Source of the DNA: Tubulanus polymorphus
Lineage: Eukaryota; Animalia; Nemertea
NCBI RefSeq assembly: GCF_964204645.1
Contig: NC_134027.1
Location: forward strand, 12,556,485-12,620,484
Reading direction: 5' to 3'
DNA length: 64,000 nt
The position numbers and the translations under genes were made by a program. Below, one piece after another: positions 35,791-46,619 of this stretch. Each line of letters opens with the position of its first letter. The first letter of the stretch is position 1. The notes under the pieces are model-generated. The model made no database searches. It saw only the letters and a list, made by a program, of their open reading frames with translations, and had not been told where the DNA came from.

Positions 35791-37731
35791 ACTTACTTAA
35801 TTTATTTACTAATAGAATTAATCAATTGACTCATTTTAGGGATCATAGTTCATTAAAGTCCTAAAACTCGCCATAAATTTGCGATAAATTGAAGCTGAAA
35901 ATGATTTCAACCATCCGCCATGTTGGCTGCATATTGTCCGCAGTAAATGACGGATTCTAGACTGGTTACCGGTCTCTATCTTCAATTAGAATTATCTTCG
36001 GCAACCAGTCTATGACGGATCTGGACTAATTGTAATTCTGAATTCGCGATTTACGGTTGAGTTTGACGCCCGGGATCGTCCGGTAATTTGTAGGCTTTTC
36101 GGGATGGTGCTATGATATGAGTACATATGATAGCAATTCACTGAGAACCGAGTCGCCAAAATGCTTGTACCATTAGGGGTAGACAAATTATCCGAAGATA
36201 AAAGAAAACTCCACCTTGTTGATCGTCAGTTGATTTAGCTGTAATTATTTCGTCTGGATCAATCGACACATAATTCATTCAAAATCTGTGTTCAGTAGAA
36301 TTTCTTTCAATAAAATAAGAATCTATTTGAATAATTTTTTACTAATGTATGAATTTTAATTGATCTCAAAACCAGAGAAAGCATTCTTCAAAAATTTAGA
36401 AAGTCCTAGACTCATAATCAAATTCTGTGAAGTCATTTAAGGTCTTTTGCTCGAATCAAGCCAAGTGCTCAGGTGGCTAAAATACAATTCCTCACTGTCC
36501 TGTAACGCCGAGTACGACGGAGTTTACACACTGAAAGACGTTGCGCTGTGTAAGTGTAATTTGGATAAGTCAGCAATATAATGACGGCCCTGCCCCGCGC
36601 GCTCCATCTGAGACATCATAAACAAGTTGGACTGTATTGCTTCGATGCATTGACAAATGGACTCCTAATATCCACATATCCAACATAATGTTGACCCAGG
36701 TTGTGCTTCTTGGCAATAGTCATATGTTATGGGCTAGAATTATTTCGATGAAATCTTCGTACGCTTCCCAGTTCGACATATGAACCAATTAGGCAGAAAC
36801 CCGTTATCATTTTTCTTAATTGAAATGTTACTGTAAAAACCAGAAATTTGAACAGAATCTCATTAAATTTTATAGTCACATATTTTATTTATTCCAAAAC
36901 AGATTTAGGCAATTGATCATCCCATACCTTGTTCATGTTTTAAGATAAAATATATCTTTATTTGAAGTGAATGAAAAGTGGTGATGATACATCACAGCAG
37001 AGAAAAGCACTATCAATAGCCTATAGCCTAACATAGCCTTGATGTTAATGGGTTCTTTTTATAGATAACATGTTCCATTCTTTAAATTGTTTAATCCCAT
37101 TCTTTAAATGCTTAATCGATAACGAATGCACTGAGTGAGAACCTGAGTATCAAGTGACTGCGGTATATCGCTCGGACACGTGCGAACCCTTTAGTACACA
37201 CAGTATTACGGAGCGCCACACTCAGTACTGGGTGAAGTCCTGAAATGAATCATTCAGGCTGCATCTAAAACACTAACATCAAAATCGGAACGAAAAATCC
37301 AAAGGGCGGTTAGAGGTATGTTGTTTAGACAGACCCGAAATGGTTCGAGTGTAATTGAAATCGTAATCGTATCTAACCAATCAGATGCGTGGTATTTAGA
37401 GCAAACGTCGTGCCGGTAAAAACGTTTCTGATTGGCTAATATTAATTAGATAGACCGGTGGACGCTTCGAAATTACCCAGCTCGAATATTCGTTCAACTC
37501 GAACTATTTTTGATCACGTAGGCCTACGTTCAAACTCCTCTCAATAACTCGATTATCTGGGAAAGCTGCTAGGCGGTGGTCCTGAACGACTTCCTAGCAG
37601 CTATCCTAAAAACCGAAAATTCGCTCGTTGCCTGTACACATGTTTATTAGTTTTGCTATCATTAAATGTCAGGCACTTTGCGTTCGTTATTCACTTTTTT
37701 TCGCGCCAAAAAGTTTACCACGGTAATACGA

Positions 37732-38155
37732 TCCCTCCCTCCCTCCCTCCCTCCCTCCCTCCCTCCCTCCCTCCCTCCCTCCCTCCCTCCCTCCCTCCCT
37801 CCCTCCCTCCCTCCCTCCCTCCCTCCCTCCCTCCCTCCCTCCCTCCCTCCCTCCCTCCCTCCCTCCCTCCCTCCCTCCCTCCCTCCCTCCCTCCCTCCCT
37901 CCCTCCCTCCCTCCCTCCCTCCCTCCCTCCCTCCCTCCCTCCCTCCCTCCCTCCCTCCCTCCCTCCCTCCCTCCCTCCCTCCCTCCCTCCCTCCCTCCCT
38001 CCCTCCCTCCCTCCCTCCCTCCCTCCCTCCCTCCCTCCCTCCCTCCCTCCCTCCCTCCCTCCCTCCCTCCCTCCCTCCCTCCCTCCCTCCCTCCCTCCCT
38101 CCCTCCCTCCCTCCCTCCCTCCCTCCCTCCCTCCCTCCCTCCCTCCCTCCCTCCT
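37732..38155. repeat. (CCCT)n / (AGGG)n microsatellite, ~420 bp
   Basis: Perfect tetranucleotide array read directly from the sequence. Confidence 0.99.
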
Positions 38156-38196
38156 ATCTCTCTCTCGAAAATACAGAACATAAGGTGATTGTGTTA

Positions 38197-39040
38197 TAGT
38201 TAGTTACCTAATCGTTGGTGGTAAGCTTTTTATAATCGGATGGCTTACCAACGTTAGGGATGACAAGGGCCAAAACACGGTTGAAAAAAGTAACACTTCA
38301 AAAATATACTTTCTATTCACTTCAGTCCACAATTAATGGCTTAATTCACAAACTAACACAGGTACCTTTCGAAATAATCCAATTTTATGTATGTTTCGAG
38401 TGATTAATCAACATTATTTTGAGAAATTAATTAATTTCTCCACAAATTTCGCCATTGGCCGCCATTTCTCTGTATTGTACATGTGGCATGATAAGACAAG
38501 GGGACCTACAAGGATTTATATAAAACTTCCAAGACGAAACGACAATTTTTATTTTTGATGGTTTTCCAACCTATATTTCAAATATTCGTGTTTTCCTTAA
38601 TAGATAATTAAATAATAAATTCTGGTAAAAGAAAAATGTGAATAAGTGTTGATTTCTTAATATTTTTCTATTTCGTCGTTTCGCTTCGTTAGTTTGTGCT
38701 GTTGTCCTGGCCTCAGTCCACAGGTGCCAGCACCTCCAGTAATTTTCAAAATGGCAGCTGTTGACTCGACGGAAATTTACTCTCACTCTACGGCCGATTT
38801 GCACATGGATTAAGATCGTCAGGTGAGGTGTTATAGGTATCAGACAAACTACGAATCTGTTGTGCGTCGATTACAACAAAAATTAGACGGATATCTTAAG
38901 AGACAATGAAATGCCAGGCAAATTACTCGTCAGTCAAATTGGCTGACGAAGATTTCATACAAAAACGACCTTCCCATTCCTGACTGTGGTTTGTGAAAAT
39001 ATCCGATCGTGAAACTAAACCACAGACAGGTTACTGACTA
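38197..39040. mobile_element. Non-autonomous DNA transposon inserted in the Gypsy 5' LTR
   Basis: TIR TAGTTAGTTACCT / AGGTTACTGACTA; 9-bp TSD ATTGTGTTA at 38188-38196 and 39041-39049, present only once in the 3' LTR. Confidence 0.9.
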
Positions 39041-39149
39041 ATTGTGTTAATATCTTTTGTCCGACTTTTTACTGGTTTTTGGGCTCTCAGATTCGATATT
39101 TGGAGGAAACTTCTACTGTGGAACAGGCAGAATAGGACCTCGTTACATC

Positions 39150-39169
39150 TGGTGGCAGCGTAGTGGGAT
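39150..39169 (+). promoter_or_regulatory. Primer binding site (tRNA-Leu-like)
   Basis: TGGTGGCAGCG(ta)GTGGGAT two nt after the LTR end, complementary to the 3' end of eukaryotic tRNA-Leu (...ATCCCACCGCTGCCACCA). Confidence 0.75.
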
Positions 39170-39397
39170 TTGATTGTAAAAAACCAGTTGAAATTGAGTT
39201 GAAGCGGTGAACACAATTTTCTCCGTTTAGTCTGTGAAAATTGCGGTTAGTTTACGTACTTAACGTGTGTACTTTACGTACTTTTTACCTACTTCGTAAT
39301 TCCTAGTTCATATTTAGTATTAATTTAGTGCCTGTTTCCCCTAATTTTATTTGCGGTCCTGTATTTTCTGTGTCATTTATATAAAAGAATAGTAATT

Positions 39398-40502
39398 ATG
39401 TCGGATGTTGAGAATGATGTGTGTGAGCCCTTGGCCTTATCTAGGCCCATGTCACCAACGGCTGGAGCTGCACATCATGACCTCCTAGTTAGTGGGGAGG
39501 GTAACCCCTCGTCAAAGCCAAAACGTCGCCGTCCAACGAAGACGAAAGCTGAAAATTCAAAATCACTGAGGATTCCATCCTTCAGCGCCTGACTGAAGTG
39601 ATGGAGAGGGTCGTGACGAGAGATGCACCCACCCCAAAAATGCACAATATTCCGGCGCCCAAGCCCTATACCATGGGACACAATTTCCGCGTTTCGCTGA
39701 CCTGGCTCAGATTAGTTCTCGCATCAACGGGGGCGAACAGCGTTAATCACACCTGATGATGCGACTTGACCATGAGGCATACCAAGCTGTCTCGAACCTA
39801 CGTCTTGACTCGAGCCTGTCGTATGATGATTTCTGTCGGCGGCTATCATCCTGTTTCCAACAAACAAAGACTGTGGATGACTTTAAGATGTTGTTGAAAG
39901 GGAGGGACCAAAAGACAACAGAATCTGTGGAACGCTATGCTGACGAGTTAGCAGAACTGGCAAGGAATGCGCACCCTTCGAGCTACAGGCATTGCCTTCG
40001 AGCTACAGGATGAGTTTGCCAAAGACCAATTCCTTAAAGGTAATAGCCGACCCGTCTCAGCGAAGCAGTTAATGTATGTGGCCCAGCCAAGTTCGCTGGC
40101 TGTAGCAGTCGCTCAAGCACGGACTCTAGAAACGGCGAGACGGTTGAAGGAGGGCACGACTCATAAACAAAAAGTATCCGTTAACCAGACCCAGCTCGAC
40201 TCGGCTAGCTCAGCCATAGCCAAACAGCTCGACGAATTGAAATCGATGATGGGAAAGCTGATGGCTCGAGTAGGCCATTTGGAAGCAGTTGTCTCTGGTA
40301 ATGGCAATCGTCGACCGCCTGCTGATGACAAATGTTGGCGTTGCAGGGATGCAGACCACCCCAAAAACTTGTGCCCACAAGTTAAATGCTATAATTGCGG
40401 GGGAGTGGTCACTATTCAAGTAACTGCCACCTACCTAAGGGAAACCAGGGAAACGAGAAGCGGGGTTTTCAGGGGGGCAATGGAAACCCCATCAGGAAGT
40501 AG
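39398..40502 (+). pseudogene. gag: Gypsy gag, frameshifted
   Basis: Retrotrans_gag-like segment (RDQKTTESVERYADELAELAR) and two CCHC knuckles (CWRCRDADHPKNLC; CYNCGG/SGHYSSNC after a 1-nt shift). Stop at 40500-40502. Confidence 0.85.
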
Positions 40503-40510
40503 TCCCCCCT
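40448..40510 (+). promoter_or_regulatory. -1 ribosomal frameshift signal (G GGA AAC plus H-type pseudoknot)
   Basis: Slippery site 40448-40454 in gag phase, 7-nt spacer, stem1 40462-40471/40481-40490, stem2 40472-40477/40504-40509. The -1 frame is open into the protease ORF. Confidence 0.8.
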
Positions 40511-43500
40511 GTACCGCTGTATATACCCCCCGCAAGACGTTGGAAAAATCGGATGAATATGGCAAATGGCCTAACGTGTGATGCAAGTAGAGTTGCACCT
40601 AGCCCCACCACCGTGAGACCATCAAACCATATTCAAATGATATCGAGACCATCAAACCATATGCAAACGACACCTCAAGATGCACTGAGGCCGATCGAAG
40701 GAATCGTGACAACGGCTACCGGTCAGCCAATGGAGTTACGTGGGTTAGCTGAGGTATGTCTGAGAGTTGGAACTGAAGAATTTCATGTCCCCATGATCGT
40801 CAGCGAGGATTTGGCACAAGACTGCTTAGTCGGAAGTGATTTCTTTGAGAAATATGGCTGCAACATAGATTACCGTAACAAAGTGCTCCGCTTCGGAAGC
40901 CTCAGCGAGGTGCCTGTCCGCCAGAGCCCCAAACGTGCGAGTGCTTGCAGGGTGTTCGTCAGTAAGAGCCAAATCATTCCAGCTGGATCCGAGGTGGTGG
41001 TAAATGGATACATGAAACGGAGTTATGCTCATAATAATTCGACCTCAGGGATGATCAGCAGCTGTGGATGGAATAATTTCTGCACTGGGAAAACACTGGT
41101 GGTACCGGAGGCAAATCAGATACCGGTTCGGCTAGTTAACTTCTCGGATGAGGCTTGTAGAGTCGACAGGGGCCAGACTATTGGTCTATTCTGCCCCCTA
41201 CAGTCAGTTGACATCATGACTGTCGACGACCATGCTCAAAACCCGTCAACTCCAAAAATCCAGCTGCAGGTAGACAATACTGAATTCATGGACCTCTTGA
41301 GTGAATTGAAAATTGACCAGCTTGAAATCCCCACTGACATGAAAACACAGCTTGTTGACATCGGATGCACAAGTCAGTATTCTCGATGGGAGACTTTGAC
41401 ATCGGTCGAACAGATTCGCTTGAATTCGAGATTGACACCGGTGACCACCCACCGATAAAACAACATCCCCATCGGCTACCCCCTGGTAGGAGAGCTTTTG
41501 TTGAGGGGACGACCAAGGAGCTTTTAGAACACGACTTGATCCGGCCATCCACCAGCCCGTGGTCAAGCCCAATAGTTCTAGCGAAAAAGGCCGATGGTTC
41601 CCTCTGCGTCTATGCTGCGATTACCGCCGACTCAATAACGCAACAGTCAAAGACGCTCACCCGTTAGGTAGAATAGACAGTACCCTAGAGGCTTTATCAG
41701 GCGCAACCTGGTTCTCGTCCCTCGATTTGACCAGAGGATACTGGCAGGTCCCGATAAAGGAATCAGACAAACATAAGACCGCATTCACGACTGAAAACCA
41801 TCTATTTGAGTGGAACGTCATGCCGTTTGGAGTCTGTAGTGCCCCGGCGTCATTCAGCAGACTGATGGCGATGGTGCTGGATGATGTTGCATGGAAAACA
41901 TGCCTTATCTACCTGGATGATGTAGTGGTGTTTAGTCATGATCATGAACATGGTCATGCACCCATCTGATGCGATTACAAGAGGTATTTCGTTGCTTTCA
42001 GAAAGCCGATCTCAAGCTTAAACCGAGAAAATGCTCGCTTTTCCAGCGGCGCCTCAAGTTTTTGGGGCAGGTAGTAAGCGAGGCCGGTGTCGAAACCGAT
42101 GGCGCCAAATGCGATAGAGTCAGAGATTGGCCGACCCCAACGTCAGTTACCGAACTTCGTAGTTTCCTTGGCCTTGTGACATATTACTCGCAATTCATCA
42201 AGGATTTCGCCGACTTGACAGCCCCGCTACACCGCCTTACGAGGAAAGATGAACCATTCGTCTGGACATCCAAGCAACAACTAGCGTTTGACGGACTGAA
42301 AGAAAAGCTGACCAGCTCCCCTATCCTGGCATTCCCAGATTTCTCGGAGGGCGCTGGAGAGTTCATTTTGGACTGTGACGCCTCTAACTGGGCTATCGGA
42401 GGGGTGCTGTCACAGCTACAACGCGATGGTTCTGAGAGAGTGATCGAGTACAGTAGCCGCACGCTGAAAGGTGGAGAGGAGAACTACTGTGCCACCAGGC
42501 GCGAAATGTTGGCCTTGGTTGACATGATTGATCACTTCCGCCACCATTTACTAGGCAGGAAATTCAAAGTTCGCACAGACCATGCAGCACTCAAGTGGCT
42601 ACAAACCTTCAAAAACCCTGAGGGTCAAGTGGCTCGGTGGCTTGAACGCCTGTCGGAATATGATTTCGTGATCGAACATCGAGCTGGAAGCACACATTTG
42701 AACGCAGACGCCCTGTCTCGCATCCCTAAGAGACAGAGGAAACATGGGGACTGCCCAACTTGTGGTGACACTGGTCCATCTATACACCAGGTAACTGCAA
42801 AACATCGGGGCGATTTGACAGCGCACAAAATAATCGAGGCGCAAGTAAATGACCCCGAAATATCAGAAATTAGGGAGTTCTTGGCCGGAGATGGGGTCAA
42901 GGACAAGAAACGGCTACAACGGTGTGGTAGGACAGCGAGGAGCCTCTATAGTCTGGTTGAGCGTCTAGAGCTTTTAGATGGCATTCTTGCGCTTAAACCA
43001 CTTCCGGGGGCTACCTCAACGAGACACCGAGTGGTACTACCCATTTCACTGACTGATGGAACCATAGGAGTCATACATCAGGGATTTGCGGGGAAACATC
43101 TCGGTACCAAAAAGACAGAGTGCAAAATTAGGGAACGATTCTGGGTATTAGGCCTCTCAGCTAGGGTCAGGGAATTTCTCCGGGGCTGCAAAACTTGCCA
43201 AGAGTGCAAGTCCCCGTCCAAACTTCCAAAAGCCCCAATGATGTCTACACCGGTAGGGCGACATGTAGACATTGTGGGCCAACTACCGAGAACCCGCCGG
43301 GGCAACATCTACATTCTAGTCGCTCAAGATGCATTCACTAAGTGGCCCGAAGCATGGCCAATTTGCACGGAAAAGGCCTCCGTGCTGGCACGTGCCCTTG
43401 TGAACGAGTGGGTCACCCGTTATGGCTGCCCTGAACCCATCCACTCGGACAAAGGCGCGAACTTCGAGTCGAAAGTTTTCATGGAGATGTGTAGGATCTT

Positions 43501-44485
43501 GGCTATTGAAAAGACCAGAACCACTGCCTACCATCCTATGGGCAATGGGCAGGTGGAAAATTTCAATAAGTCCCTGAAAGCCATGCTGACTACAGCCGTC
43601 AATGAGTGTGGAACAAACTGGGACGAAGAACTACCTGCGTGTTTGATGGTATTTCGTTCAAGCGTCCAGCACTCCACTCTCGAAACGCCGTTCTACTTGA
43701 TGTACGCCGAGGAAATGTCACTACCAATCGACATCAGCGTAGGCTTGCCCGAGGACCACCAACCAAGGACTAAGTATGGCATGGACCTCTCTGACCGCCT
43801 CACTAAGTCACACAACATTGTTCGTGATCGACTAGTGATGGCACAAAGGCGTCAGAAAAAGGACTATGACCGTTTTGCAAAACGCGGGGGTTACAAGGTC
43901 GGGGATCACGTGTGGCTGATGAGCCATTTCTTGAAAAAGGACGAGGCATCTAAGTTCCACCGGAAATGGAAAGGGCCTTACGTTGTGACCGAGAGACTAT
44001 CGGAGGTGAATTACAGGGTCGTCCTGGAACCAGGCGCCGATCCGAGGGCGGTGAAGAGAAAGCGGGTTGTGCACTTCAATGATATGAAACCGTGCTTCCT
44101 GTCTAGTGAGACCGTGACCATAGGTCATAAAAAACCTAGACAGGAACTGGTTAAAACGACCGATCCCGAGGAGCAACCAACCCTCAACGACGACGAGGGG
44201 GAGGAAGATGAAGACTGTGTCTGGACACAGTCACAGCCCGAGACAACGGCGGTTATTCAAGAACCCTTTGTAACAGGCCCTACCCAAAACCATCGCGAGC
44301 CTCCTACTCAAAACCGCTCCAAGCCTGGGCCTTTGAACATTACAGACACTGAGGGGCACAGAAGACTCAGGCCCAGAGTAGGGATCAGGCGCCCTAGTCG
44401 GTTCATAAACTCATGTACAGTCAACAACGATGATTCGCTAGCCAACCAAAATAGGGTCCTTTGGTGGATCCAAACACACTTATAG
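40448..44485 (+). pseudogene. pol: Gypsy pol (PR, RT, RNase H, integrase) with several frameshifts
   Basis: RT: SPWSSPIVL, DYRRLN, LDLTRGYWQ, MPFG, YLDD. RNase H: DAS...GGVLSQ, TDH. Integrase: H..H, C..C, HVDIVG, SDKG, VENFN, GPY motif. The protease catalytic DxG was not found. Confidence 0.93.
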
Positions 44486-44721
44486 GACCTCCAGTCACCT
44501 TGGACAAGATTGAGCAGAACAACATTTTTGATATAGAACTGATCCAAAATTCCCAGAAATGTTGCCATAAAGTTCGGTCTCGGATCCCCTTGCACCTCCT
44601 GATGGTATGCTTGGGACCACCCACCTTGCATGATTCGGGTGGTATCTGAATGATAAAATCCCCGCCATTTAGTCTTGTCGTTGCAGCCAACTCATGTTTT
44701 GAACTATTTATCGTTTCTAGC

Positions 44722-45786
44722 ATGGACTGTATCGAGTTAGACCAGATATCTAGCCTCCACGAGGCGACACAGACCCTTAAACGGCAGGTATCGAAAGAAG
44801 TCTGTTCCACCCTTCACAGACAGGTCAAGACCCTCAGCGAATTGAGAGCCAAGATGGGCAGACTTTATAACTCTGCCGTAGAACAGTCGTTTGTGGAGGA
44901 TCCTGGTCGCATAGTAACCGGTCTCAAGACGACAAAGACCCGACGTTTTCGGCCAAAGATGAGCACAGCTGCATTTGAGTACATCAGCCAGGAACTAGTG
45001 AACGCCCTGGCCGAATGTGGTGGCGACTCGTCACACATCTGGCCGAAACTTGAAGACTTGAAACAGAGGGCAGTTGAGGACTTACCAATCGTGTTGCTGG
45101 GAGACTCAATGTTTACGTGGCTAAAGGCCAGCGGCAGTTTGATTCCGATTTGCCACCCTGGTGAACGACTCGGTGATTTGTTGGAGTACCTCCCACATGT
45201 ATCCTTTAGGGCAAGAGCGATTGTGGTCACGCATGGTATGAACCATGCTGGCGATTATGGCAGGACGACAGAGGAGTTTGCGGAAGTTTTGGCGCTACTC
45301 AAGGGCAAGCACCCTTCTGTCCCCCTTTTCCACCTACAGACCCCTGTCCCTCCTTGCTGGCGTGGTGACCACAATCGGGTAAACAACATGAACCGGGTTA
45401 ATGTCTTCGCCCTCCGTGCCGGGTTCCAACAGGCCGACCATCCAGATATCCCGGATTCTGATTTTGTGGGGATCCACTACAAAAAGTCGGCCATGCACTA
45501 TGTCTGTCGGGAAATAATCCGTGTGGTAGATCGCGTCTTAATGTGTTTCCTTCGGTACCTAACGATGGTTCACCTGGAGTCGCTTATTCTTTGTAATGTT
45601 AGTGACAAAAAGCCATTCCGCCAAATACTACCACACGCCACACGTGACCCCCCAGATGTAGCACACCCCATTACGAACAGTTTCTTTCCGTTTTCTTTTG
45701 ATTGTATTTTTCAGCTTCCCAGGATGAGGAACAGTGGCAGAGGGGCAAGCCAAGTGCAGTGTCCATTGGCCGTATCTACCTTTTGA
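44722..45786 (+). CDS. Extra retrotransposon ORF: coiled coil plus SGNH/GDSL hydrolase (ORF open from 44650)
   Basis: Block I IVLLGDSM, block II HPG, block III IVVTHGMNH and block V DFVGIH. Lies between integrase and PPT; acceptor TTTCTAG immediately before cATG at 44722. Confidence 0.8.
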   Translation: MDCIELDQISSLHEATQTLKRQVSKEVCSTLHRQVKTLSELRAKMGRLYNSAVEQSFVEDPGRIVTGLKTTKTRRFRPKMSTAAFEYISQELVNALAECGGDSSHIWPKLEDLKQRAVEDLPIVLLGDSMFTWLKASGSLIPICHPGERLGDLLEYLPHVSFRARAIVVTHGMNHAGDYGRTTEEFAEVLALLKGKHPSVPLFHLQTPVPPCWRGDHNRVNNMNRVNVFALRAGFQQADHPDIPDSDFVGIHYKKSAMHYVCREIIRVVDRVLMCFLRYLTMVHLESLILCNVSDKKPFRQILPHATRDPPDVAHPITNSFFPFSFDCIFQLPRMRNSGRGASQVQCPLAVSTF

Positions 45787-46053
45787 TGGTATAGATATTT
45801 TTGGTTAGACACTACACTTAGGTGCGCCCCGAAAACAAACCACAAACCATTAGTGGAGATCGAAAGCTGCATGTATCATAATCACTGAGATGCAACCCGA
45901 ATGCGAAACGACGACTACGCCGTGTTAGATGTCTGCTGTATCCAGAGCCGAGAAGTTTGGAGCTTAATATTGTAAAATAAGGATTATAATTGTTTAAATT
46001 TGTGTAGATATTTTGACTATATATTCCTGTTCAAATATGAGTTTGAACAAGTT

Positions 46054-46064
46054 GAAGGGGGTGG
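46054..46064 (+). promoter_or_regulatory. Polypurine tract
   Basis: GAAGGGGGTGG directly before the TG of the 3' LTR. Confidence 0.7.
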
Positions 46065-46258
46065 TGTGATGGAATATGTCCATCAGTCGTTTTCTATGTT
46101 GTAACTGGAGGGTGCTGCCCTCTCTCTCTCGAAAATACAGAACAATATGTGATTGTGTTAATATCTTTTGTCCGCCTTTTTACTGGTTTTGGGGCTCTCA
46201 GAGTCGATATTTGGAGGAAACTTCTACTGTGGAACAGGCAGAATAGGACCTCGTTACA
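46065..46258 (+). repeat. 3' LTR (194 bp)
   Basis: TG...CA ends; matches the 5' LTR pieces with about 6 differences over ~140 comparable bp. Confidence 0.9.
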
Positions 46259-46619
46259 CATCTTACGTCCGATCTTATGACGACCAATACATTCCTACAT
46301 ATGAAACATCAACATAATTGCCGTCTTCATTACTTACCTTGATAATTTCAAAGATATGCAGAAAGAGCCGATCGTTGAGTTATACAATATGTTGAGTTTG
46401 TAAACGTTTTTGACGTGTCTAGGAAAATTATGTTATTGTAATTTTGATATTACCCACGTCGTATCTGATAACGTAACGAACGCGGCCGTGCGCCTACCGG
46501 AATGAAACGAAACTGGCAACAACGGGATCATAAAATCCAACTTGAAATAACTTTATTTATAACATGTATTAACCGCTAAATGTACTAATATAATCAGTCA
46601 CTAATATTGAATCACAGGT

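Larger units (their letters stand above)
38157..46258 (+). mobile_element. Ty3/Gypsy LTR retrotransposon (decayed gag-pol, extra SGNH ORF)
   Basis: 3' LTR 46065-46258 (TGTGATG...CGTTACA); 5' LTR pieces 38157-38196 and 39050-39147; PBS, PPT and domain order PR-RT-RNaseH-IN. Confidence 0.95.

Noticed and set aside
37653-38199. Long ORFs (PPSL)n / (GREG)n
   Set aside because: Translations of the (CCCT)n microsatellite, which has no stop codons.
40161-45230. Antisense ORFs within the Gypsy element
   Set aside because: Short shadow ORFs of GC-richer coding sequence with no recognisable motifs.
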